A stretch of DNA of 64,000 bases. Source: a virus. The notes beneath the pieces are model-generated. The model was not told the origin of the DNA. It saw only the letters and a list, made by a program, of their open reading frames with translations, and ran no database searches. Of this stretch, positions 46,326-56,121 are shown piece by piece; position 1 is the stretch's first letter, and every line of letters begins with the position of its first letter. The stretch lies in IMG/VR virus record IMGVR_UViG_3300006793_000013, one strand, 5' to 3'. The position numbers were made by a program, and so were the translations under genes.

Positions 46326-47319
46326 TTATTTTTCTCTTGTTAGGCAAAACCATCTCTGGTGTTTTAGTAAAGTCGTCACCGTTCTTAGGACACATTTGAC
46401 ATTGCTTAACTGATCTATATTTGTCTAAGTTAAATTGTGCTACTTCTTCGTCTGTACAAGTTTCTAAATCTAATGGTTTGTATTCTAAATACATTTGCCA
46501 ATCAGGATCATCTAAACTATTATGATGTGATAAGAATCTATGCAGTGTTCCTAATGAACCACACTTCCATAACTTCTTGTCATGCATATATGTACACCAT
46601 GGACTACAGCAACCTCTTTTATATGATGATTCAGGATCGCCTTCGTTGTATGGTTTAGGTTTTCCAAATTCATTAATGTAATGATGTTTTTGAAACACAC
46701 CATACTGTTTATAGTATAAGCCGTGTCTTTCTTTTAAGAAAAACAAATCGTTTTCTAATCCATAGTTTACATCTTCGTGTGTAATACTTAACAAGTCAAG
46801 CCAACCTTGAAACAAAGGATCTTGCTTTTCATTATTAAAATCAAATATTTCGTAAAACCAGTCTACAGCATCTAACTGCGGGAATTGAATTTTCTCTTGA
46901 ACTTCTATCGCTGCCTGCCTAACTCTATTTGATAATTTCTTATCTTCAAACTGTGCAAAGTGATCGCTAACAATTAGTAATACTTTATATTTTTCAATTA
47001 ACTCTACACACCATTCTTTATTCTTTGATAATAATGCTCCATTGGTAGGACACATGATAACTGTGTTAGGTGCAATAGACCTAATGTATTTTGCTAGTTC
47101 AACAATACGGTCCATATACAAAAGAGGCTCTCCACCTAGCAATGTATAGTTTTCAATTTCAAACTTCTCACTTGCAAGTCTTATACCTTCTTTGATATTT
47201 TCTAAATCTTTGTCATACTCGCCTTTCCTAAATATATCGCTACGCACATCACATTGAGTACAGGTAAGGTTACACATGTTTCCATAGAACACATCAAGTA
47301 TTTTTAATTTAGGCTGCAT
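46309..47319 (-). CDS. Radical SAM enzyme, subtype C
   Basis: CNLTCTQC, LLGGEP, PTNG; GCCSPWC...KLWKCG...CQMCP. Start moved to 47319. Confidence 0.9.
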   Translation of the reverse strand: MQPKLKILDVFYGNMCNLTCTQCDVRSDIFRKGEYDKDLENIKEGIRLASEKFEIENYTLLGGEPLLYMDRIVELAKYIRSIAPNTVIMCPTNGALLSKNKEWCVELIEKYKVLLIVSDHFAQFEDKKLSNRVRQAAIEVQEKIQFPQLDAVDWFYEIFDFNNEKQDPLFQGWLDLLSITHEDVNYGLENDLFFLKERHGLYYKQYGVFQKHHYINEFGKPKPYNEGDPESSYKRGCCSPWCTYMHDKKLWKCGSLGTLHRFLSHHNSLDDPDWQMYLEYKPLDLETCTDEEVAQFNLDKYRSVKQCQMCPKNGDDFTKTPEMVLPNKRKINVQSI

Positions 47320-48004
47320 ATATTTGTTTTGCCTTTTCCATAGTACTATCTGGGAAGTTTGTTTTAAAACTGTCAAATGCTAGTTGTTGTATTTTAACAT
47401 GTTCAGTAGGAGTATTAACATCAATACCTGCCGCTGTCATTTTAGGAAACAAGTCTGCTTGACGATCCTCACTAATATGACTCATTACACTGCGTAAACT
47501 TATTGCAGGATCATTATCCTTATAACAGAAAAAATAGTTAATACTTTTTAATGTTCCGTCTACTACAAAGTAACTGCTAGGGTGCATACTATACTTGTAT
47601 ATACCTAAGTTTTTATGTGCTTCGATAATATCAAGCATTTGCTGTTCCCAATTGTCAACTACACTATAGTCTTTTCCTTCACAGCCGGCAAGTTCCCACA
47701 TATCAGGACCGTCAATCTTTAAAAATAATTTTCTATTAACAAAGTCAATATCTTGTATTTCTGGAACATGTTGTGGATAGTGCATTTCCATTTCTTGTAT
47801 AAAGTTAATCTCACGTAACCATTTTTCTTCCATTAGGTCAGGATCAACTACTTGATTGTGTCCGCCATGATATTGCTCATCATTATAGTACCATTGGCAA
47901 AATGTCTTTTTATCCTTACTAATCAAACTAGTGTATATTAGATTATTTCGGCATTGACCTTTTCCGGGAACTGTGTTATAGTAATATTCAAAGTTGTTAC
48001 TCAT
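47309..48004 (-). CDS. Kinase-fold protein with degenerate motifs (paralog of 42381)
   Basis: WLREINF, HVPEIQDID, LGIYKYSMHPSS, KSINYF. Confidence 0.5.
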   Translation of the reverse strand: MSNNFEYYYNTVPGKGQCRNNLIYTSLISKDKKTFCQWYYNDEQYHGGHNQVVDPDLMEEKWLREINFIQEMEMHYPQHVPEIQDIDFVNRKLFLKIDGPDMWELAGCEGKDYSVVDNWEQQMLDIIEAHKNLGIYKYSMHPSSYFVVDGTLKSINYFFCYKDNDPAISLRSVMSHISEDRQADLFPKMTAAGIDVNTPTEHVKIQQLAFDSFKTNFPDSTMEKAKQIYAA

Positions 48005-48009
48005 AGCTA

Positions 48010-48025
48010 TATTTAACGGTAAATA
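48010..48025. promoter_or_regulatory. Back-to-back late-type promoters, both TAAATA-N5-ATG
   Basis: CAT-agcta-TATTTA-acgg-TAAATA-tctac-ATG: the whole 26-nt intergenic region. Confidence 0.75.
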
Positions 48026-48030
48026 TCTAC

Positions 48031-48846
48031 ATGATTAGAGGAATTGGCGGAAAGCCTTACATTAACTTAGATCCATATTTAGATACATCATCTTTCAAAG
48101 ATCTACATCCTGAGATTTCTAAAGGATTTGCACTAGCAAGAGACTATGCAAAAGAAGGAACTTGGATGGCACCTGGCTTTGAATGGAAAGATTCAAGTTA
48201 TATATTGAATTGGAAACCAATATACAAAGCTATGGAAGAATATGAAGCATTGCCTGATGACGATCCTATTAAAGTACATGGGCAGACAATACTTCCTAAA
48301 GATTTTGGCGACTATAAACAGCGTAATATCTTTACTCGTTACCTTAAAGCAACAATGGGTGCTAATGATCCATACATTTATTACTTCCTTTGGAATGAAG
48401 GTGATTGGAATGAGCGTAATGCTGAAAGGCAGAAAACAGAAGAAAGCAAATACTTTACAGGTGTTGTAAAATGGGTTGAAGATTTACAAACAAATAACAT
48501 TATTGATCGTATAGGTAGAGTAATATTTTTTCATTGTGATCATAATGGCAGAGCATTTGAACACAGAGACTTAGACGCTAATAATGGAGTACATGATGAT
48601 AAGCAATACAGTCCGCACAATAATGAATTTATACATATACGCTATCGCACAAAAAGAGGATTCTATATTTGGGATCCAGAGTCAGAAAACAAACATTACT
48701 TAAACTGTAATGCAGCATTTTGGAATGACCAAGACTGGCATGGCGGAGAAAACAGTGTAGAAGTTGAATACGGTTTGCGTATTGACTGTAAGTTTACAGA
48801 TGACTTTAGAAAGAAGTTAGGTATCGACCACTTGGAGAATTATTAA
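48031..48846 (+). CDS. Cupin/2OG oxygenase-like protein
   Basis: IGRVIFF...AFEHRD...FWNDQDWHGG...GLRID. Confidence 0.55.
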   Translation: MIRGIGGKPYINLDPYLDTSSFKDLHPEISKGFALARDYAKEGTWMAPGFEWKDSSYILNWKPIYKAMEEYEALPDDDPIKVHGQTILPKDFGDYKQRNIFTRYLKATMGANDPYIYYFLWNEGDWNERNAERQKTEESKYFTGVVKWVEDLQTNNIIDRIGRVIFFHCDHNGRAFEHRDLDANNGVHDDKQYSPHNNEFIHIRYRTKRGFYIWDPESENKHYLNCNAAFWNDQDWHGGENSVEVEYGLRIDCKFTDDFRKKLGIDHLENY

Positions 48847-49346
48847 TGAAGTGGATTGGTAACTTTGAAAAAGATTTTAACCCAGCTCTAAATAAACTTG
48901 TAATGGATGCAAAAGGACAAGCCCGCCCTGGAGATTGGAAACCAATTAATGATGTTGAAAAAGAGCTTTGGGAAAAAGGCAAATCAACATTTGACTTTGG
49001 TAAAACAATGTGGTATGTTTACGAGCAACAAGATCTACAAATAGATTTAAAGTTTCCATGGACGTTTGGTAAATGCCATTGGTGGATTACTAAACTGCTA
49101 CCTGGGCAAATGATGCCTATGCACACAGATCCTCTTACACACGAAGATCAAACATGTAAACGTTTTTGGGTACCTTTACAAGATTATGTAGCAGGACATG
49201 TTTTTCTATACGGTAATTCAATGATAGCAAATTACAAAAGAGGTGATGTGTTTGAATATGAGCATTCGCAAGACGAACACGGTGCTGCTAATCTTTCTTT
49301 TGAACCAAGGCTTGTATTACAGGTTACTGAGTATACCAGTCACTAG
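48846..49346 (+). CDS. AspH-like cupin oxygenase
   Basis: KLLPGQMMPMHTD...KRGDVFEY...HGAANL..EPRLVLQVT. Confidence 0.72.
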   Translation: MKWIGNFEKDFNPALNKLVMDAKGQARPGDWKPINDVEKELWEKGKSTFDFGKTMWYVYEQQDLQIDLKFPWTFGKCHWWITKLLPGQMMPMHTDPLTHEDQTCKRFWVPLQDYVAGHVFLYGNSMIANYKRGDVFEYEHSQDEHGAANLSFEPRLVLQVTEYTSH

Positions 49347-50556
49347 AATGCCATGTAGGGCATTTAAAGTTTTCAATTTCATACACAACTATATCTCTTA
49401 CAGACCCATATAAGTTATAATATGTAAATGCTTCGGAAGTTCTTGAGCTGAAATTTATCTGTGCAGCAGGCATTTTTTCCTTCAAATAATTAATTAAATG
49501 GTTCTCTTTTTGCAGTTTATACTTGATACTGTATAGTGTATTAGTACCCTCATAGCAAAAAATGTTGCTTAAATTAAACAATGTAAACTCTTGTTTACTT
49601 AAATCAAGGTGATCACATATATTATAATGCTCTGCTAGTAAGTCCCATTCAATAAATTCATATTCTACATTAGGTAAACGTTCAACATTTTCTTTCCAAT
49701 AGTCTAAACTTTGCTTGTTGTAATCATACATAATAACCTTAACAGGAAGTTCTTTATGTAACCAGTCTTTGTAATTTTCTCCGCTGGCAGGTACAACTAC
49801 TTGCTGTAAGTCTTTGTATTTTCTATTAGGGTGTTCGGTATGATCTGTATGTACATGTTCGGTTCTACAAAACCCGTCTTTGTAATATGCATATTCTATC
49901 TGCTTGTAAAAGTCTTTAGGTGATTCAGGATACAGATGATACTTGTTATTTCTAACACTGTCATCAAAACTGCGTATACCGTAACCTGCATCTAAAGATT
50001 TTTGAATAATGTTCCAACCATGCCTTTTATGATTGTATGGTTGAAACTCACAACCGGGTGCAATCCATACAGGTGTGTACTCGTCATGATAATTTTCTTG
50101 ACTTCTTACAGGCTGTCTTGTAAAAAAGTCTTCACCCATACTTTCATCACCGATAGTAGGCATTCCTAGCTCACGCCATTTTTGTAAATTAATTAGATAG
50201 CACTGTTGATGTAGCTCATAGTATGCATCACCTCTATCCAAAATATGTCCTGTTACTACAAAGTCATCTTGGCATAATTTAGCAATAGCATCAATACCTG
50301 CTGTGCCGTTAGTGAATTCTGTACCCGTAGACAGCACACAAGCGTATTTAAAGCGGTTTTGTGCCTCAAGTAGTAGTAAGTACTCATTCGTACCTTGAAG
50401 TACGCTGTAGCCTTTGCTAAACAAGTTTTGTAGTGTGAAATCTGCTTGGTTCTTAGTAAGCTCTTTTATCCATGGATCTGTAATAGTTGTAGTTGTATCT
50501 AGAATACAAAATACTAATTCTCTATCGTCTGTGTTGTTGTATTCAACTATATTCAT
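49324..50556 (-). CDS. Hypothetical protein within the tailoring cluster
   Basis: 410 aa ORF; no family recognised. Confidence 0.65.
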   Translation of the reverse strand: MNIVEYNNTDDRELVFCILDTTTTITDPWIKELTKNQADFTLQNLFSKGYSVLQGTNEYLLLLEAQNRFKYACVLSTGTEFTNGTAGIDAIAKLCQDDFVVTGHILDRGDAYYELHQQCYLINLQKWRELGMPTIGDESMGEDFFTRQPVRSQENYHDEYTPVWIAPGCEFQPYNHKRHGWNIIQKSLDAGYGIRSFDDSVRNNKYHLYPESPKDFYKQIEYAYYKDGFCRTEHVHTDHTEHPNRKYKDLQQVVVPASGENYKDWLHKELPVKVIMYDYNKQSLDYWKENVERLPNVEYEFIEWDLLAEHYNICDHLDLSKQEFTLFNLSNIFCYEGTNTLYSIKYKLQKENHLINYLKEKMPAAQINFSSRTSEAFTYYNLYGSVRDIVVYEIENFKCPTWHSSDWYTQ

Positions 50557-51274
50557 ATTGTTTTCGATAACTCCTTGCTACAAGCTCTGCAAATTCTTTT
50601 TTACTTTTTCCTGGAATACCATGTGAAATTAAATGTATCCTTGATTGATTAGATGGATTAATAACACTATGATAGTTTCTAATGTTTATAATAAATGCCT
50701 TGCCTTCTTCAAAAGGTACACAACCATATCCTTCAAGAGTCATTACACAATCTTTAGGGTGTATAATTGCTACATTGATAGGAACACCAAACTCTAAAAT
50801 ATCTAAATTATCCTCACCTGGTAACTTTCCAGGTGCGTCACTGTGTGGACTAATATAACCTTCTGGCTCTATTTGCATAAGTCGTATTCTTCGATAAGTT
50901 TCATAAGGAAAACGTTGCCAAAAACTTTTTATACTTGGTGTAGATTCACTTAGTGTAGTCCATTTGTAAGGAACATCTTCTTCACGCTCATAGCCGTAAT
51001 TTGTCCATGCACCGGTTTTGTCAACATCAATGCCATGAATACAAGCACTGTTCCAACCTGGGTGATCATTTCCTCTATGGTTATAGAATTTAGTATGCTG
51101 TATATCTGACTTCCATAAGTCTATAGGAATATCTATGTCTAATTCTAACCAACCAAAGTTGGCTTTGTTCAACAACCAATGTGCTAGTTCTACGTCATTG
51201 CTGCAATCAGCAGGAGCCGCAGGCATTTTCCATATACAATCTTTGTTTTTTTCATAGAAATCTACAGCATTCAT
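50543..51274 (-). CDS. Aspartyl/asparaginyl beta-hydroxylase-like oxygenase
   Basis: RIRLMQIEPEGYISPHSD...GKAFIINIRNYHSVIN...RIHLI. Start moved to 51274. Confidence 0.8.
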   Translation of the reverse strand: MNAVDFYEKNKDCIWKMPAAPADCSNDVELAHWLLNKANFGWLELDIDIPIDLWKSDIQHTKFYNHRGNDHPGWNSACIHGIDVDKTGAWTNYGYEREEDVPYKWTTLSESTPSIKSFWQRFPYETYRRIRLMQIEPEGYISPHSDAPGKLPGEDNLDILEFGVPINVAIIHPKDCVMTLEGYGCVPFEEGKAFIINIRNYHSVINPSNQSRIHLISHGIPGKSKKEFAELVARSYRKQYEYS

Positions 51275-51279
51275 ATAGT

Positions 51280-51309
51280 TACTTATGCAGTTATATGCTC
51301 TTATAAATA
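51280..51309. promoter_or_regulatory. Divergent late-type promoters (TAAGTA-N5-ATG minus; TATAAATA-N5-ATG plus)
   Basis: Minus: TAAGTA(51285-51280) ACTAT ATG. Plus: TATAAATA(51302-51309) GTAAT ATG(51315). Confidence 0.68.
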
Positions 51310-51314
51310 GTAAT

Positions 51315-52271
51315 ATGGATAATAGATTAAGCCTACCCAGTGAAAATCCTGTATGCATTATTATAAACAATACCTGTAATCTTACATGTAATGCATGTGG
51401 TACATTGCAGAATTATAATTTTGCAGGAGTAATGTCTTGGAAGGAAGAAAAGCATCTTTATGAAGAATGGGCTAAGAAAGCAAACTTCCCAGAGATTGAC
51501 ATACTAGGAGGAGAGCCATATCTTAATCCTGAACTGTTAGACTGGGCATTAGGTATTAAAAGCCTATGGCCAGACAGCCAAGTGAACGTTGTAACTAACG
51601 GAACATTATTAGGATTGAAAAAGAATGTTGAAACAACTCGTACATTTTTAGAAGCAGGTGTATGTTTAAATTTATCAGGACATGATCAAAAAGATATTCC
51701 TAAATTTAAAATGTTCATTGATAAAATTCTAGAACCATTCGGCGACAGAGCTGAAAGGATAAATCCAGATTATGATGATCCATACGGATTTGAACATTTA
51801 GATATGTGGCAGATTGATGGAAAGTATGCTATTGGACATACTATTGTAGATAAGATGTTTCCTAACTATGTAAAAGAAGTAAAAGACAATACAATAATTT
51901 TAGATGATGGCGACAGAGAAGAGAGTCATGATGCATGTTTATACGGACAACACTGCCATACACTACAACGAGGCAAACTATTTAAATGTCCTCTAGTGCT
52001 AAACTATGATGAATTAAAAACACAAACATATTACGAAGAAAGAGCATACCCATTATTAGAAGATTATAAGCCATTAACAGTAGACCAAGACAAAGAAACA
52101 ATGCAAGACTTCTTTAACAATATAGGAAAGTCAATTCCAGCATGTTCTTTGTGTGCTATGCACAAAAAACCAAAGCCAAAAGAACTTTCAGTTGATGTAC
52201 AATTTGATAAAAACAGAAAGAAAGCATTCAAAGGAGTAGACCTTGTCAAAGTTAAAAATCTCACATCTTGA
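51315..52271 (+). CDS. Radical SAM enzyme, subtype C
   Basis: CNLTCNAC, ILGGEP, VTNG; C..GQHC...GKLFKCP...CSLC. Confidence 0.9.
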   Translation: MDNRLSLPSENPVCIIINNTCNLTCNACGTLQNYNFAGVMSWKEEKHLYEEWAKKANFPEIDILGGEPYLNPELLDWALGIKSLWPDSQVNVVTNGTLLGLKKNVETTRTFLEAGVCLNLSGHDQKDIPKFKMFIDKILEPFGDRAERINPDYDDPYGFEHLDMWQIDGKYAIGHTIVDKMFPNYVKEVKDNTIILDDGDREESHDACLYGQHCHTLQRGKLFKCPLVLNYDELKTQTYYEERAYPLLEDYKPLTVDQDKETMQDFFNNIGKSIPACSLCAMHKKPKPKELSVDVQFDKNRKKAFKGVDLVKVKNLTS

Positions 52272-53079
52272 GTGGCATGTAGCTCACTCATGTAATCTTA
52301 CATGTGTAGGGTGTGGGCATTTTAGTAATCATAGACATACAGGTATAGTGAAGTATGACGAGTTAGAATCTTGGTATAAGAGCTGGGCTCATAGACTTGA
52401 TCCAGAAACCATTGATATACTAGGAGGAGAGCCTCTACTAAACAAAGACATTTATAATATTCTTTTCTTAACAAGAAAGTACTGGCCCGACTGCGAAAAC
52501 TTAAATTTACAAACTAATGGCTTTCTGCTTTACAAGTATCCTGACTTACCTAAAGTGTTAGAAGAAACTAATATATCTATTAGTCTTAGTAAGCATAGTA
52601 CTAAAGAAGCATATATGAAAAAGTTTGCTCCTGCAGAAGAATTACTATTACAATGGAAAAAAGATTATAACATTAAAGCAGAAGTTGCTCCGTGCCATAC
52701 ATATTGGTTTGAAATATACAAAGGGTATGGAAACAATATGATGCCTTATGAAGACAATGACGCACAGAAGAGTTGGGACAATTGTATTACAGGACAAGAT
52801 TGTTTCCAACTACTAGATAACGAAATATACAAATGTGCGCCACTAGCATATCTACCATTCCAAAAGAAATTATACAACTTATCTCCTAAATGGGATCCCT
52901 ATTTAAAGTATAAGCCAATAACAGCAGATTGCACAGATCAAGAACTAGCAGAGTTTTTTGCTAGAGGATGTGAAAGTTTTTGCTCAATGTGTCCTTCCAA
53001 TCCAAAGCGTATGGATCAACAAGGCGATCCGACAACTCCAAGATCACACTACGAAAACATAAAAATTCAACAGGTATAA
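52243..53079 (+). CDS. Radical SAM enzyme, subtype C (tandem)
   Basis: CNLTCVGC, ILGGEP, QTNG; C..GQDC...IYKCAP...CSMCP; TTG start with AGGAG. Confidence 0.9.
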   Translation: MSKLKISHLEWHVAHSCNLTCVGCGHFSNHRHTGIVKYDELESWYKSWAHRLDPETIDILGGEPLLNKDIYNILFLTRKYWPDCENLNLQTNGFLLYKYPDLPKVLEETNISISLSKHSTKEAYMKKFAPAEELLLQWKKDYNIKAEVAPCHTYWFEIYKGYGNNMMPYEDNDAQKSWDNCITGQDCFQLLDNEIYKCAPLAYLPFQKKLYNLSPKWDPYLKYKPITADCTDQELAEFFARGCESFCSMCPSNPKRMDQQGDPTTPRSHYENIKIQQV

Positions 53080-53087
53080 ACTGCGCA

Positions 53088-53095
53088 TATAAATA
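53088..53095 (+). promoter_or_regulatory. T4-like late promoter TATAAATA-N5-ATG
   Basis: TATAAATA CTAGT ATG(53101). Confidence 0.7.
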
Positions 53096-53100
53096 CTAGT

Positions 53101-54036
53101 ATGCAAAAGTTTCCATACGATAAAAAACATTTACCATTTGGACATTCAGGAGCAGTCCTCGATCAAGAAGTAATGAACTTTTTGAACATGATGCCTCTTA
53201 GATTCACAGAACATATGTATGATGTAAATGTAACTGAAGAATATTTAGAAAGATATCATGCTTGGATTAGAATGTCAGCTCTAAATTTAATGGCAGGCAT
53301 AGATGATTTTCCTTACAAATGTTACTCTCATGGTACTACTGAATCATTTGATAAATTTTACATGAAGCATAAGGATAGAAGATTCAGATGTTTTAGAGGT
53401 GAATATCTTTATCACCAGTTAGCATGGCGTGATAAATTTAATTGGTTGTATGCCGATGATGATTGTTTAGATGCCAATGACGCACTAGTTATTAGTTTAC
53501 CTTTTAGTAATACAGGAAACAAACACAAGTTACACGAAGCAGCATTAGATGAATGTGATAGACTAGGTATACCTGTTTTACTTGACTGTTGCTATTTTGG
53601 TATATCGTCTGCTATAGAATTTAACTTTAAGCACGAATGTATAACTGATATTGTTTTTAGTTTATCAAAAACATTTCCAGTAGCACATGCAAGGATAGGT
53701 ATGCGTTTAAGCAAATACGATGACGATGATACTTTATTTGTTTATAACAAAAATAGTTACGTGAATAGACTAGGTGCTTATATAGGTTTACAATTAATGG
53801 AAAATTATAGTCCTGACTTTATCTATAAAAAGTATAAATCACAACAATTAGAATTTTGTAAACATTTAGGTGTCGAGCCTAGTAGCACGGTATTATTTGG
53901 TATTGCGCCTCAAGACAAGTATGTAGAATACGATAGAGGTGGCGGCAGTCCTGATGCTGAACTGAATAGGCTCAGTTTTCATAAATTTCTACCTATGTCA
54001 ATTGAGGAGTTCGCACAGTGCATAAAGCAAGAGTAG
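53101..54036 (+). CDS. PLP-dependent fold-type I enzyme (aminotransferase-like)
   Basis: ISLPFSNTG, VLLDCCY (PLP Asp), FSLSKTF (Schiff-base Lys), ARIGMR. Confidence 0.75.
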   Translation: MQKFPYDKKHLPFGHSGAVLDQEVMNFLNMMPLRFTEHMYDVNVTEEYLERYHAWIRMSALNLMAGIDDFPYKCYSHGTTESFDKFYMKHKDRRFRCFRGEYLYHQLAWRDKFNWLYADDDCLDANDALVISLPFSNTGNKHKLHEAALDECDRLGIPVLLDCCYFGISSAIEFNFKHECITDIVFSLSKTFPVAHARIGMRLSKYDDDDTLFVYNKNSYVNRLGAYIGLQLMENYSPDFIYKKYKSQQLEFCKHLGVEPSSTVLFGIAPQDKYVEYDRGGGSPDAELNRLSFHKFLPMSIEEFAQCIKQE

Positions 54037-55214
54037 TTAATATAGAATGGACGCCTGATAATAATAGGTGGAATCTTGATAAACAAGTATTCAGCAAATT
54101 AAAACTAAAGTGGATATTCAAAGAACTTAAACAAGCAGCCAAAGACGGGTGTGATACTGTCATTGCAGTAATGATGATTGATGGTGTTTTAAATCTAGAG
54201 CCGAATATATGGCCAGGTGAAGTTGCTAAGATGAAAGAGCGTTGTACAAAACTAGGAATAGAAAAACTAGTGTTTGTTTCAGGCCATGGTGGACACGAAT
54301 GGATTATGCCTGTAGCATTTGATAAAATGTATTCTATTGATTACACACTTCAATTCACTTATAAATCTTACGAAGATAGAATTAAAAAAAATAAACTAAC
54401 TGAATACAATCCACATGCAAATAAATTTTTATTCCTTGGCGGTGTGCCATCGAGAATGAATCGTATAGGATTGCTTTACAAGTATTATAAACTTGGAATG
54501 TTAGACTATAATGCTATTTGGACATTCTTTGTTCCATGGACAGAAGAAGAACGTAAAGTATGCAAGGATATAATGCATATTTTATCAGAAGAAGAATTTA
54601 ACGAGTTTTGTAATTTTGCTGATAGAAGAATAGGTGATGAATACGAAAATGCTAAAAAGTTTTTTGCAGAAGAATATTATCAAACAGGTGATTGGCATGA
54701 TGTTGGTGATACTGATTGGGCTAAAGCACCTGCACTAATTGACAGTAGCATATTTCCAGAAACGTGTTTAAGCATTATTAGTGAAGGCCCTAACTATTGG
54801 AATTATAGTACAAACAATTCTTTTGTGACAGAAAAATTTTGGAGAGCAGTATTTCATAAACACCCGTTCTTGTTTGCAGGCGACATAGATCAGTTCAAAT
54901 ATATGGAAAATCTTGGGTTCAGAACATTTACAGAATACATGACTATACCAGAGTATGCACACCTTGAAACAGAGGAGCAACGTCTTGATGCAATTGTAAC
55001 TAATACAGCAGACTTTTTAAAACTTAAGAAGCCGCAAGGACTAATTGATGATATAGAACATAACTATCAATTAGCAAAGCGTTATCTTGATAAACAACAT
55101 TTACTTTTTGATTATTTGGTTGAGCATTATGGTGCACCAAGAGAGGAAGTAAACTATTATCTTAATCAAACAGGATATAGTAATCTAGTACAGAGACCGC
55201 CATCGTATGAGTAA
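54018..55214 (+). CDS. Hypothetical protein, possibly glycosyltransferase-like
   Basis: FLFLGG...R, CLSIISE, FVTEKFWRAV..KHPFL, LGFRTF; resembles GT-B C-terminal halves. Confidence 0.45.
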   Translation: MHKARVVNIEWTPDNNRWNLDKQVFSKLKLKWIFKELKQAAKDGCDTVIAVMMIDGVLNLEPNIWPGEVAKMKERCTKLGIEKLVFVSGHGGHEWIMPVAFDKMYSIDYTLQFTYKSYEDRIKKNKLTEYNPHANKFLFLGGVPSRMNRIGLLYKYYKLGMLDYNAIWTFFVPWTEEERKVCKDIMHILSEEEFNEFCNFADRRIGDEYENAKKFFAEEYYQTGDWHDVGDTDWAKAPALIDSSIFPETCLSIISEGPNYWNYSTNNSFVTEKFWRAVFHKHPFLFAGDIDQFKYMENLGFRTFTEYMTIPEYAHLETEEQRLDAIVTNTADFLKLKKPQGLIDDIEHNYQLAKRYLDKQHLLFDYLVEHYGAPREEVNYYLNQTGYSNLVQRPPSYE

Positions 55215-56121
55215 ATGTGCAGCATTTTATAAGCATACTAATGTGCGTAGTGGAAATAGAATATTTCCTTGCTGTCGCTACAAAGAACCTGTTGCTGTTT
55301 TTGACGGTAATCTAAATAAGATACTTGACTTACCAGAAATGCAAAAGTTAAGAGAAACGCCGGTTGAAGATAATCCTAATTGTGCAAAATGCATACACGA
55401 AGAGTCACTAGGCAAGAATAGTTTGCGTGAACGCTTTAATGCTGAGTATGACACAGAAGAAGTAAAATTAGAATATTTAGAAATAGGGTTTGATAATATT
55501 TGTAATGCAGCCTGCGACGGTTGTTATCCAGAGTTTAGCAGCGAGTGGGGTAAGATACTAGACCCAAATAAAAAGAAACATATTGTAAGCAGTGATGAAA
55601 TAACTTCTATTCCAGACACTGTAACAAAGATATTATTCTTAGGTGGCGAACCGTTAATGACTAACAGGCATAGACGCTTACTAGAAATGGTAAACGATCT
55701 AAGTAAAATGACAGTGATATACAACACTAACGGTACATTTATGTTAGACAAAGAAACAATAAGGCAACTTGAAAAATGTAAAAGTGTTGAATTCATTCTA
55801 AGTCTTGACGGCTATGGCGAACTAAATGAGCGTGTAAGAAAAAACTGCGAATGGAATAAGATAGAACGCTTTATCGATCAAGTAAAGATATGGGGTTACA
55901 AATTAAGTGTAAACACTGTGCTACATAGAAATAACTATCACGGACTTGTTGATTTAGAAAACTATATTAACAGTTTAAAAGATGTTGAGTGGTCAGTAAA
56001 CATACTTACATTTCCTAAACAATTAGACGTTAACACAGTTGAAAATAAACAAGAAGTAATAAACAGTATAGCAAAAACAAATATAGCAAACAAGGAAGCA
56101 CTTATTAACCATGTTGCATGA
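55207..56121 (+). CDS. Radical SAM enzyme, subtype B
   Basis: CAAF...IFPCC...CAKCIHEE; CNAACDGC; FLGGEP, NTNG. Confidence 0.88.
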   Translation: MSKCAAFYKHTNVRSGNRIFPCCRYKEPVAVFDGNLNKILDLPEMQKLRETPVEDNPNCAKCIHEESLGKNSLRERFNAEYDTEEVKLEYLEIGFDNICNAACDGCYPEFSSEWGKILDPNKKKHIVSSDEITSIPDTVTKILFLGGEPLMTNRHRRLLEMVNDLSKMTVIYNTNGTFMLDKETIRQLEKCKSVEFILSLDGYGELNERVRKNCEWNKIERFIDQVKIWGYKLSVNTVLHRNNYHGLVDLENYINSLKDVEWSVNILTFPKQLDVNTVENKQEVINSIAKTNIANKEALINHVA

